Part shown: positions 12,531 through 25,173 of the stretch, piece after piece
Numbering within the stretch: position 1 is the stretch's first letter
How the letters are laid out: each line of letters starts with the position of its first letter
NCBI RefSeq assembly: GCF_964355755.1
Contig: NC_092677.1
Coordinates: forward strand, 6,408,101 to 6,472,100
Length of the DNA: 64,000 nucleotides
Direction: 5' to 3'
DNA from: Antedon mediterranea
Lineage: Eukaryota; Animalia; Echinodermata
Program-made: the position numbers and the translations under genes
Notes under the pieces: model-generated
Databases searched by the model: none
What the model was told of the DNA's origin: nothing
Seen by the model: the letters and a program-made list of their open reading frames with translations, nothing else

Positions 12531-13889
12531 TATAGGCTTATGGGTTTTTTTTTCCGGAAATGTTTGTTATGCTCCGGACGAATCGGAATTGTTGAATCGT
12601 TGTTGATTTACTGTATGCTTTATGTTTGTAGAAACGTCTATCATGCAGTGCGTAATGAATATATTGATTCTAAAGGCTAATACAAATGTGAAACCTACTT
12701 ATCGTAAAGATACTATATACTATTATTCGTGACCTCAACGTGTAAATGTATTCTGTACTATCGATGGGTCACGGTGTAATGTAAGGAAACAGTAGGCTCT
12801 AAAACGACTTGACATACACACACATAATTTTCCAAATCATAAGCGACATTTTTTTTTCAATTTTGCTTGTACCGTCACTTTCATTCATTCATTCAACATG
12901 ATTACTATACAGTCAGTAAATTGTGTTCGTTGTTGTAAATCTACAATCTTTATTTACCGATTGTTATACAATAATATAATCCTCCTTTTCGAATATTTCG
13001 TAACCTCATTATCCATATAATAGATAATGATATAAATATTTTTAATAACCATGTATTATAGAAAAAACACGATTTATTCATTCATAAAATAAGTCAATTA
13101 GTAATACTTGTCATTATAGCATCTCCGTGTATCTGTTTAAGTTTGTTTTATATAATATAAATTCTCTTTTTTCGTATATTTTTAACAGTTTTATCCATAG
13201 TAGGCCTATAATAAATATAAGATATTAAAAATGGGCCATATTTATAGAAAAAAGACCAAAGTACCAAAACCTGCAGTTTTGATGATCCGTAATTTGCGAT
13301 TGATTGCTTGATTGGAATTACTTGCGCGTAGGCCTACGTATTTGTGATTTTTTTGGATTGTATTTAATATGTGAACATAGGAGACAAACGTGTTTGATCT
13401 GTTATCTTATGTTTTATTCCAGGAATATTTATCTGTTGGTAAATGTCAGCTTTGTTATCTAATTTATTAAAAAAGATAAAATAATTGTAGTGACAATTGT
13501 TCTCGTCCTACTTCAATAGGTCTAGTAGGTATTCGGAAATTATTTCTTCTTTTTGAACTATTATACAAAATACAATCTAGACCAACAACAAGGCTGTGAA
13601 TTAGGTGTACAGTATATACAATTATTATAATTATAATACATAAAAAAAGAATTATTATTTAGCGCAAACATTTAGTTACCATGCTATTAATTCCAGTAGT
13701 AAATTCCAAATTTAATTAATTATTGTTTTCCTCTGGGAAATTATACAAATAAGAACACATAAAAAAGTATAAAAATATATAATGCAAAATGCATATAAAA
13801 ATGTTTACATCAAAGATAAAAATGTTGTGTAAACAATATTGATTTGTTATGAAACAGCATTTTTATTGCAATATTTTTAACTTTTTAAC

Positions 13890-14854
13890 TTACAATTTAC
13901 GAATAAGAATACCGTATGGTCTAACATCATTAACATCTTTGGAAGTGTCTTCCTTGGGCGACAACCAGTAATCTGCTGTTCCTTCTCCTGGGATGATTTC
14001 CATGTGGCCAGAACTAGGATTTATCCGATTCTGAAGAGCTATTTGGTAAGTGTTACCTTCAAATTCAAATACTTCAGCATATTTTTCCGCGACCGTTTGG
14101 AGAGAAGGAGTAGTTATGATTCCCTCCTGCAGTTCTTCTACAGATCCAGCACAACTTCCAATGGGAGTGTTATCTCTGGTCATTTTGGAACCATGGTAAC
14201 TTACAGGCCATTCTCCTGTTGTTGAATGTGTTCTTATTCCGGGACCTCCAAGCCAAATGTCGTCACTGTATTGACCTTTGACTTTGAGTGCATGTCTAAA
14301 CCACCTACAAGGTCTCTGATACTGATGTCCTCCTCGAATAAACTCCTTGTCGCCATCATCCATTTCAGTAAAATCGAAGTTAAAAGACGGATCTAACAGA
14401 TCGTTATCCATTTCGTAGTGCACCGTCCCCTTATCATTTTCAACGGAATGGACGTGGATAACTGCACCTTGTGATATGCCTTGCTTATCAATTGAATGGT
14501 CATCATCTACTTCACACTTTTTGTAGTAAAGCTCAAATGACTCTTCGGGAATCCTCATTTGTGAAGCTACAAGTCAACGAATTTCAAGTGCATTTGCTTC
14601 TTTTGAAATCCTTGCCTTTCCAGTAGTGCCGCCGACACTTCTAAACAAAATATCGATGTCATTAACATCTGTGCTTTTGTTGGAGTTAGGGTTATTTTCA
14701 TTAACACAACAGGCTTTGTAAAGTGGAATAGGTCGTTTAATTGAATCTTTTGATGTGACGATGATCCTTCTCCGGGTGGTCTTATCTCAACACCAAGAAA
14801 AGCGGACATTCCAGCTGCTAGCAAATTCAATGATTTTATGTTCACTTCACCAGT
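13890..14854 (-). pseudogene. Copy B second exon (linker-UBL-ART), disrupted
   Basis: Acceptor TTGCAG|ACT at 14855 is retained. There is a 1-nt frameshift near 14705 (VVLMK vs VVLNE) and a CGA>TGA stop near 14577. The ART portion 14558-13890 is still open. Confidence 0.8.
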
Positions 14855-15257
14855 CTGCAAATAATAAAACAAATAACTTGACAATTTCCATTTTATCATT
14901 TACAAGTTTATATTCAACTTACTCTAACTCTATACCTTACAAAAAACAATACATATACGTGACTGTATGTGATTCTCAAACCGTGCAAAATCATTTACAA
15001 TACAGCTTAATACTATTAGAGGAAGCCTGCACTAAATGCGATAATTGTGTGCAGAAGATTGGTTCAACTAGTAGAATATAATACGATAAGAAGACGTAAT
15101 GGTAATATAGCAGATGTTGACGATACAGCATCAATCTAATATTACTTTCCATTATTTTTTATTTATCATTTTGCATGGGTGTGAATCTCTACCAAACTTT
15201 GAAATAATAAAATCCACCAAACTTGTATATGTTTACCTTTTTATCAAGCTGCAATAA

Positions 15258-16094
15258 CTATGTGCTAATCTCTTGAGCTTTTGGTCTCAAATGGTAATCT
15301 CGCTGAAGCATCTGTGTGATCAATCTATGCATAAACTTTTCAAATTTCACCGGTACTGTGTACGTGTATTCTGGAAACATATGCATCTTCAAACCAACCA
15401 TTTCCTTCTCAATACTTCCCTTTAATTCATCATCTAATATACAACAGAAAACAATACCCATGCTGAAAATATCTGCCTGAGCATTGTAATGTCTTTTGGT
15501 GACCTCTGGAGCTGCGTATGCATATGTCCCAGCCATCGAACGCATATACATTTCTTCGAGTTTTTTGCCATTGCTTGTTTTTGACAAAATCTTTGCTAAT
15601 CCAAAGTCAGCTAGCTTCGCAACACACCGAATGTCAACCAAAATATTTGCTGGTTTAACATCCCTGTGTGATATCTTGAGCCCGTGTAGATGCGCTATGC
15701 CTGAAGCTATGTCCTGAATGAAACCCATTCGTACCTTGAGGTTAGGTTTTTTAGATTTTATGAAACTTGTTATGTGTCCAAAATCACAGTACTCCATCAC
15801 TATATAAATGGTGTTTCCAATTTGGAAGCTTTCCATATACTGTACAACATTTTTATGAGTTGCAATTTTTAGTGATTCAATTTCAGCTAACATATGTGGA
15901 TCTTGATCTTGGTTAGGCCTTTGTAATTGTTTAATGGCAACTGTTTTATTTGTTTGTTGGTGCTTTCCTTTATATACAATACCAAATTGACCTTCTCCAA
16001 TTTTTTCGCAGAAATCGTACGACAAACACTGATTTTCTGTTACTGGCTGTAGAGAAACAGTGGACTGTGAACGACTCTGGTTGTTACCTCCCAT
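15258..16094 (-). CDS. Copy B kinase exon (278 aa), ended by a premature TAG; kinase-only product or pseudogene
   Basis: Full kinase motifs (GEGQFG, VAIK, HRDVKPAN, DFG, APE). TAG replaces the AAG seen in paralogues, a few codons before a retained phase-0 donor AAG|GTAAAC at 15236. Confidence 0.75.
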   Translation of the reverse strand: MGGNNQSRSQSTVSLQPVTENQCLSYDFCEKIGEGQFGIVYKGKHQQTNKTVAIKQLQRPNQDQDPHMLAEIESLKIATHKNVVQYMESFQIGNTIYIVMEYCDFGHITSFIKSKKPNLKVRMGFIQDIASGIAHLHGLKISHRDVKPANILVDIRCVAKLADFGLAKILSKTSNGKKLEEMYMRSMAGTYAYAAPEVTKRHYNAQADIFSMGIVFCCILDDELKGSIEKEMVGLKMHMFPEYTYTVPVKFEKFMHRLITQMLQRDYHLRPKAQEIST

Positions 16095-16842
16095 GTTTTA
16101 ACGATTAGATATTCAATGCATACCTATAATATATAATTTTTATAAATTGTTATGATTTTGTTAGTATATTTCACACATATTAAACAGTATTATAGGCCTA
16201 CGTTTTAAAATACCACCATTTTTGTAAAGTTAGAATTGAATTTGACCCTACTTTAAAGATAGAAATGTTGGCCACCACAAAGTAAATGTTTCACAAAGTA
16301 AATGTTTAAATTGTGTAACCTTTTTTTCGTTGAAAGCATGGCTGTTCTATTTAATTCTTCTTCGCCTGCCTGAATAGAACTTTAGGTTTTCAATGAATCT
16401 CACTTTTCAACGTATACAACACAATAATATTTTTTTTTTAAATTACATACTGTTCTAAAATATACTGTGTTCAATTAGTCGGTCGCTTCCATCTTGAATC
16501 AATTGTAGAGGGCTCGGATGTTCGCCGAAGAGCAGATCAGACAAAAAGCTTGTTTCACGTGTATTCGAAACAACTTCACAGTTCAAATTAATCAGATACT
16601 CATCGCCACGTGATACAAAAACAACCAACCATTGGCAAAAATATACACTTGTGTGTTATTGTATTCAGATATTATATGCTACTGAGTCTGAGCTTCAACT
16701 TTGTGGTAGGCCTATGTAAACCTATATATGTTGTCGTCTGACAGTTGCTAAAGAGGCGCAATTATCATTAAAGAAGTGTGTACACTAGTTTAAATACTTT
16801 GGTGTACAAACAAAAATTCCAATAAGGTTACAATAATCCAAT

Positions 16843-16940
16843 ACTTACCTGTAATAAAACCAAGAGTATGCTTCTTATTAAATGCATAGAACCGGTACAA
16901 GATGGCGCTGTTGGTATTTCCAGTTATTCTTAAAATAGAT
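16843..16940 (-). promoter_or_regulatory. Putative first exon/promoter of copy B
   Basis: ACTTAC...AAGATGGCG..GGTATTTCCAGTT is paralogous to 12447-12530. Confidence 0.5.
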
Positions 16941-17456
16941 ATACAGTCCTAATTTTTTTTCTATTAATACATTTTATTTTCAATAAAACCATCCAACTTA
17001 ACATCTAATATACTATTAACAATGTTTGTTTTTTCATCTGATTAGAACAATAATTTGTATTCATTTCGTAACATATTATCATTATTTTTTGTTTGTATCT
17101 ATATAATTCTACAAGTCCTATGCATTCTGCGACGAATCGAAATTGTGGAATTTTTATTGGTACTGTGTGCTTTATGGTGGTATTTAATGGTTTCAATAAA
17201 TGTGTTGTGTAAATAGACAGTGCGTTACTCTTGACCAAACTATGGATGTTTTGTAATGTCGTCGTATTACCATGAAAAAAATGTCATAGTTATACAAATC
17301 ACATCTTTTGGAATTTAAAAACATTATTCATTATTCGTTTTCTTCCAATATGTTCAGATGGATCTCAACAAACAATGCCTAACCCTCGACCGCTGTATAA
17401 TTGAATTTCAATTTGTGTTATAAATGAATGTGTCTCGCGACATTGCTCTGGAATGT

Positions 17457-17593
17457 AAGCTTGGTTCCCACTACAACACGAGTGATTTGGCCAATGACAA
17501 GCGATGGATTATTTGATCTTTCGCTTATCATTGGTCAACCCGATTTTGTTGCGTCTACATCCTTGCGTTGTGTCTCTAGTGGGAACCAAGCTT
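17457..17593. mobile_element. MITE with TIR AAGCTTGGTTCCCACTA
   Basis: Perfect 17-bp inverted termini. A second copy lies at 1838-1950. Confidence 0.75.
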
Positions 17594-19096
17594 TATTAAT
17601 ATGATTTGATCGGCATAGATTACATTAAAGCATGGTGAAACGGAAGTATTATGTCGACCAATAGTACAAGTACAAAACAAGATAATAAGCTAAATTCTTT
17701 CTACCTTTATTTACAACATCTGTGACTTCTTGTTACAATAGCATTAATGCATACCGGACTCTAACCCTTACTCGTAATGAACGACGAGTACAAATCTTCC
17801 CATCTATTTATGCCCGTTTATGTATTCCTTTACTTTATAAATTACTCATGCATAACGGAGTGTAACTAGCGCCTTCACATACGTTACAGTGCGCTGTTCT
17901 CCGAATATTTTGGTTTGAAATAATGATAACTTGCCACTATAGGCCTAATGTTGCTACTGACATGATACATGATGAAAATAGTGTTAGTTATAAAAGAATT
18001 GCAATTAACATTGACACATCAGTCTAATAGAAGAAAATGCAGCAACAATAGATGATTTGGTCAGAGGCAACAGTGATTTAGATCGATGTTTGTACTCCCA
18101 TTTGTTGAAATGTCAAATCTCTGTTTCAATATTTCATATTTTGTGATAACAATCTGTGTAATGTAATTTCCAGAAACCTGGAGTTGATGGGCTTAGTCAT
18201 TTATAGAATATTAATATGCAATGTGTGAATGATTTGTGTATTATAGGCTTATGTACGTATATAAACCTAATAATTTATCAACGTTATAGTAGAGTAATGC
18301 AAACACACAGTTCAAGGTACAAATTACAATAAAATCAGTTTTGCAAAGACAAATGAAAAAGTTCAGTTCAAAAGCCAAATGTATTTTGTTGGTACACAAT
18401 AAACAGTGTTCTTGGACGTCGTCACGTACAGTAAAAGTTCAATGTGCTATCAATATGCTAACTGGTATATGGTTGAGACGTGTCAATACCAAAGTGTAAA
18501 TAAAATCGTATATGTAGCATGTTATGGTGGAGTGTACGAATTCCTTTTCATTATTTACCATGGTGTAAAAATGTATAGGCTTTATGTATGAATTAGTTAT
18601 ATGATAGAAATGAATTTACATTACATTGATTCAGTGAAAGGAAAAGAACACTGTGCAGCAAAACGCAACAAAATAAATATAATGGAACAAATCAGGTGAA
18701 ATAGGGCATGTTAAAATTCAAACACCAGAATGTACATAACAATTATGGTCGTTACAACTTCCGTGTTGGGAAAGACTATATTATTTTCTGCGCATAATAA
18801 CCACATAAAGTGTCATCATCAGAGAATGTAGAAACATTTCTAGTGATAAGAGAAGAATCCCGAATTATAATCTGTTAAACCATATTATAGGGGCCTACAA
18901 TAATACTTAGTGGCTGGTCACGTTATAGTCTACCCTTTACAATTCTGAAGTACTGTAGGCCTAAAGTGAATTTTAGCTTCAACAAATAAACAAAACAAGT
19001 GTTGTTTTTAATGAGGTACTCGATAATTTTAGCCCTCCGAATTTCACCCAATATTTACACGCCGCGAGTACCCCACGTTTTATCACGATATGTGTG

Positions 19097-21070
19097 TTAA
19101 TCATCAGTTACGCTAATCCTACGAATAAGAATACCGTATGGTCTAACATCATTCACTTTCTTGGAAGGGTCTTCCTTAGGCGATAACCAGTAGTCTGCCG
19201 GTCCATCTCCTGAGATAATCACCATGTGGCCAGAACTAGGATTTATCCGATTCTGAAGAGCGATTTGATACGTTTTACCATCAAATTCAAATACTTCAGC
19301 ATATTTTTCTGCCACCGTTTGGAGAGAAGGAGTAGTTATGATTCCATTCTGCAGTCCAGCTTGTGCAGACCCAATTGGAGTGTTATCTTTGGTTATTTTT
19401 GAACCATGGTAACTCACAGGCCATTCTCCAGCTGTTGAATGTGTTCTTGTCCCTAGATCCCCAAGCCAGACATCGTCACTGTATTGACCTTTCACTTTGA
19501 GTGCATGTCTAAACCACCCACATGGTCGTTGATACTCATGCCCTCCTCTAATAAATTTCTTGTCGTCATCTATTCCTGTAAAATCGTAGTTAAAAGACGG
19601 ATCTAACAGATCGTTATCCATTTCGTAGTGTGCCGTCCCCTTATCCTTTTTAACAGAATGGACGTGGATAACTGCACCTTGTGATATGCCTTGCTTGTCA
19701 ATTGAATGGTCATCATCTACTTCCCACCTCCTATGGTAAAGCTCAATTGATTCTTCAGGAATCCCCATCTGTGAAGCCACAAGTCGACGCATTTCATTTG
19801 CACTTGCTTTTTTTGAAATCTTCGCCTTCCCAGTAGTGCCGCCGACACTTCTGAACAAAATATCGATGTCACTGACATCATGGACGATCATGGTTTTGTC
19901 AACTGTTTTGCTTTTACTTGATTGAGGGTTATTTTCATTTAGCAACACCGGCTTGGTAAAGTGAAAAAGGTCGTTTAGTTTAATCTTTTGTTGTGAAGAC
20001 GATGATGCTTCTCCTGGAGGGCGTACCTCAACACCAAGACAAGCAGACATCCCAGCGGCAAGCAATTTTAATGACTTTAAATTAGCATCTTTTGGCTGCA
20101 AAAATATAAAATGAAATTCTTTTTTACTTTAAATAAATTTCCATTACACTACAAAAACTAATCATAAGTGGAGGGAGGAAATTACCTTAAAACTAACTTA
20201 CAACTTGTCAACCAAATGTACTGGTGTTTTTTTAGGGGAAATTACCTTTTGACCGTGCTGCATTAACTTTTTGCTAATCTCTTGAGCTTTTGGTCTCAAA
20301 TGGTAGTCCTTCTGAAGCATTTGTGTGATCAATCTCTGCATAAAGGCTCCAACTTTTGCCGGAACCGTATATGTATATCCTTCAGCCACGTGCATCTTCA
20401 AACCAACCAATTCTTTCTCAATACTTTCCTTTACTTCCTCATCTAGTATACAACAGAAAACAATACCCATGCTGAAAATATCTGCCTGGGCATTGTAATG
20501 TCCTTTGGGAACTTCTGGTGCCATGTATACATAAGTCCCAGCCATCGTCTCCATATACATTTCTTCGAGACTTTTCATACCCTCAGTTTTCGATAAAATC
20601 TTTGCTAATCCAAAGTCGGCAATTTTTGCAACTCGTCGGTTGTCAACCAAAATGTTGGCTGGTTTCAAATCCCTGTGTGAGATTTTGAGCCCGTGTAGAT
20701 GCGCAATGCCAGAAGCTATGTCTTGAATGAAACCCATCCGCACCTTGATGTTAGGTTTTTTTGATAGTATATAATCTTCTATGTCCCCGAACTCACAGTA
20801 TTCCATCACTACATAAATGGTGTTTTCATCCGCGAAGCTTTCCATATATTGTACAACATTTCTATGGGCGGCAATTTTCAGTGATTCAATCTCAGCTAGA
20901 ACATCTGGAACATGTAATCTCAGCTCTTTGAATCTTTTTAAGGCAATTGTTTTAGAGGATTTAACCGCCTTGTATACATCCGCAAAAGAACCAGTGCCGA
21001 GACGTCCTACGATCTCGTAGCCATTGACGATTTGGTTCTTGGCTAGGGGTCTGCTTTCGAGGTTTCCCAT
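19097..21070 (-). CDS. Copy C: kinase-UBL-ART-fold protein (exons 21070-20246, 20095-19097; ~607 aa)
   Basis: MGNLES N-terminus. Kinase motifs GTGSFA, IALK, HRDLKPAN, DFG, YMAPEV.KGHY..ADIFS. Donor AAG|GTAATT (20245) and acceptor TTGCAG|CCA (20096) are phase 0. UBL and ART-like motifs are intact. Confidence 0.87.
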
Positions 21071-23000
21071 TGTTCAATCACGTCACTGTACAAAAAGTAA
21101 AAAGTAATATTAAAAATACTCCTACAGTTTAATTATTATATGCATACCGTTACAGTCGATTATTAGTATCTATTTCCGAAGTATCATAGAAATATTTGGT
21201 AATACCACATCACACATGTGTCTAGTACAGTAGTAATTCATAATCATTGGTGTGTTTTGGGGAACCAATGACATGAACTTCCGGTATGAACTGGTTTCAG
21301 ATGTAAGAGTGATTTTCGTGATGTTGCGATATCGAATATGATGTATACAATTCTTCACCAATTCTTTATCATAGCAATTATTGCTTTTAACCTCATACAT
21401 ATTATATTAAATCCGATAATATCAATACTTACGTGCGTTTCTATTCCTTATTTATTTCCTTGTTTATTGCGTAGTACTGTAATTAGTGTTCACTTACTCA
21501 ATCTGGGTAGGCCTATTTATGGAATTTCCAAATAGTATGAAAATAGATGAGGGCGGTGCACAATATCTTTTGAAAACCATATTGTGTTGACATTTCAATA
21601 TTAATATAGGCCTATTATTTTCGGCGTTACGTCATCACTTACATCAATAGAATCCATATAATGAAACATCGTAATTTGCTGACTAAGCCGTTTAACATAC
21701 TAATGCAGTAACAAAAGCCTGGCCTATCGGTTTCTCTGTATTTGAAAGAAAAAATTTCTCTGTTTTAAGTATAAACCAGTACGTTGTTTAATATTATGAA
21801 GCCATTTTATTAATAAACTCATATTTTCATTTTATCATTAAGACCATCAATTTAGAAACAAGTTATTCAATCATACACTTGTGATTCTTTTTATACTGAT
21901 CTATCTCTCTCCCTCCACCTCTGCATTTTATATTTTAATTAAGTTTACAGTTTTATATTTTGTAAAAGCAATTGGCGTTTACGCTGTTGGGGACGGAATA
22001 ATAAAATATTCAAATTGAATAAACATTAAAAACATACAGTTTTACAGAAAAACACAGTTTTGTAAAGACAGAATATAGAATAAGCTTTGTCTATAAAGTT
22101 ATATCACACCATATGTTTTGCAACGCCATTTCACTTCATACCACAGAACAATTGTATTTCATCAACATTGTAATGCGACCTTTTGCTTCTCGGTTGCTAA
22201 TATTTCGCTACTTATTGTAATTTCATTTCTGTTTGAATACACAAAATCTTCTAGATTTAGACATTTGTAAAAGTCGTCTTTTGTTGCATTTGTTAGGCTT
22301 ACCAATTAGTATTGTGAATTAAATATTTTTTTAAACAATTCTTCTTTTATTTTTGTATTTTCAGTTCGCATGATATTTTTTGTTTACACGGTTACGTTGC
22401 GTGCAAACTAAACAAAAACAATTAGTTTACATTGTCAACTTATCTGTTCCTTATTCGAAATGAATTAAATGGATATTATGACAACTCACTGATTTTACAT
22501 ATCGGCCTTAAGACCTGATATGCCTATACTAATCTGTTAAAATGTTTGCTCGTACGTTATGTTAACATTAAACTTCAAATCATTCAAGGAATCTATAGTT
22601 CTCTGATAACAATCATATCATTATCATATAGTGCAAAGTACTGTAGGCTACAGCTATACAATTTACGGTCATAAATTTCATTATCTACAGTTTATTTGAC
22701 TATTTAAACAGAAATTAATGTAGTCATGCAGTAGACACACGAGTATAGTCCTGTCTTCTATATGTACATCTTGTATACTACCTCTAACAGTAGGCCTACA
22801 TTCGGTATCCTCTATCCACGGTTGCTGTCATCCTACATATTTTCTTTTATTTTTATCAAACAAATACCAAAACATTGGTATTTTCTCCTTAACCACGCGT
22901 GTTAGCTTATGAGAGTTATTTTTGCGTGAATATAAAATTTAACCGCTTCAGGCGTTGTTCCAAACAAATGTAGTTTCTTAATAATATACCAATTCTGAAC

Positions 23001-24916
23001 CTAATTGTTGATCTTACGAATAAGAATGCCGTATGGTCTAACATCATATACATTGGTAGGGTGGGAAATGTCTTCCTTAGGTGATAACCAGTAATCTGCT
23101 GCTTCATTCCCTGATATATTGAGCATGTGACCGGGGTCAGGATTTATCCGATTCTGAAGAGCTATTTGATAAGTGTTTCCTTCAAATTCAAATTCTTCAG
23201 CATATTTTTCCGCGACCGTTTGGAGAGAAGGAGTAGTTATGATTCCATCCTGCAGTCCTTCTACCGATCCAGCACAGCTTTGAATTGGGATGTTATCTCT
23301 GGTTATCTTCGATCCGTGGTAACTTACAGGCCATTCTCCAGCTGTTGAATTCGTTCTTATTCCGGGACCTCCAAGCCAAATGTCGTCACTGTATTGGCCT
23401 TTTACTTTGAGTGCATGTCTAAACCACCCACATGGTCTGTGATACCGATGCTCTCCACGAATAAACTTATTGTCGCCATCATCCGTTTCAGTAAAATCGA
23501 AGTTAAAAGACGGATCTAACAGATCGTTATCCATTTCGTAGTGCACCGTCCCCTTATCATTTTTAACGGAATGGACGTGGATAACTGCACCTTGTGATAT
23601 GCCTTGCTTATCAATTGAATGGTCATCATCTACTCTCCAACTTCTGTGGTAAAGCTCAAGCGAATCAACAGGAAGCCTCATCTGTGAAGCTACAAGTCGA
23701 CGCATTTCAAGCAAACTTGCTTTTTTGGAAATCTTCGCCTTCCCAGTAGAGCCGCCGACACTTCTGAACAAAATATCGATGTTACTAACATCATGGACGA
23801 TTGATTGAGGGTTATTTTCATTTAGCACCACTGGCTTGGTAAAGTGAAAAAGGTCGTTTAGTTTAATCTTTTGTTGTGAAGACGATGATGTTTCTCCGGG
23901 AGGGCGTACCTCAACACCAAGACAAGCAGAAATCCCAGCGGCAAGCAATTTTAATGACTTTAAATTAGCATCTTTAGGCTGCAAAAAATATAAAAAGAAA
24001 TTCCTTTTTATTTTAAACAAATTTCCATTACACTACAAAAACTAACTTACTCATAAATTAATTGTACTGGTGTTTTGAGAGGGGAAATTACCTTTTGACC
24101 GTGCTGCATTAACTTTTTGCTAATTTCTTCAGCTTTTGGTCTCAAATGGTAGTCCTCCTGAAGCATTTGTGTGATCAATCTCTGCATAAAGGCTCCAATT
24201 TTTGCCGGCACCGTATATGTATATCCTTCAGCCACGTGCATCTTCAAACCAACCAATTCTTTCTCAATACTTTCCTTTACTTCCTCATCTAGTATACAAC
24301 AGAAAACAATACCCATGCTGAAAATATCTGCCTGGGCATTGTAATGTCCTTTCGGAACTTCTGGTGCCATGTATACATAAGTCCCAGCCATCGTCTCCAT
24401 ATACATTTCTTCGAGACTTTTCATACCCTCAGTTTTCGATAAAATCTTTGCTAATCCAAAGTCGGCAATTTTTGCAACTCGTCGGTTGTCAACCAAAATG
24501 TTGGCTGGTTTCAAATCCCTGTGTGAGATTTTGAGCCCGTGTAGATGCGCAATGCCAGAAGCTATGTCTTGAATGAAACCCATCCGCACCTTGATGTTAG
24601 GTTTTTTTGATAGTATATAATCTTCTATGTCCCCGAACTCACAGTATTCCATCACTACATAAATGGTGTTTTCATCCGCGAAGCTTTCCATATACTGTAC
24701 AACATTCTTATGAGCGGCAATTTTCAGTGTTTCTATCTCAGCTAAAACATCTGGAACATGTAATTTCAATTCTTTAAATCGTTTCAAGGCAACTGTTTTA
24801 GAGGATTTAACCGCCTTGTATACATCCGCAAAAGAACCGGTGCCGAGAAGCTCTACTATCTTGTAGCCGTTGACGATTTGGTTCTTGGCTAGTGGTCTGC
24901 TTTCGAGATTTTCCAT
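23001..24916 (-). CDS. Copy D: kinase-UBL-ART-fold protein (exons 24916-24092, 23978-23001; ~600 aa)
   Basis: Same motifs as copy C. Donor AAG|GTAATT (24091) and acceptor TTGCAG|CCT (23979) are phase 0. The N-terminus is MENLES, lacking Gly2. Confidence 0.87.
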
Positions 24917-25010
24917 TGTTCAATCACTGTACAAAAAGTAAAAAGTAATATTAAAAATACTCCTACCAGTTTAATTATTATATGCATACCGTTACAGTCG
25001 ATTATTAGTA

Positions 25011-25173
25011 TCTATTTCCGAAGTATCATAGGAATATTTGATAATACCACATAAAATGTGTTAAACATGTACCTAGTAGTAACAGAATAACCTAACCATA
25101 CATGATACAGGCCTCCATATGTGATAGAATTGAGCTGTATTACCAAATATTCCTATGATACTCCGAAAATAGA
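25011..25173. mobile_element. MITE in the predicted 5' UTR intron of copy D (only the left end is retained in copy C, 21169-21205)
   Basis: TCTATTTCCGAAGTATCATAGGAATATTTGATAATAC is inverted against GTATTACCAAATATTCCTATGATACTCCGAAAATAGA. Confidence 0.7.

Noticed and set aside
10098-24916. Kinase and second ORF as separate adjacent genes (operon or toxin-antitoxin-like pairs)
   Set aside because: Conserved phase-0 GT-AG sites join them, and the second ORFs in A, C and D lack a true ATG start at the beginning of their homology.
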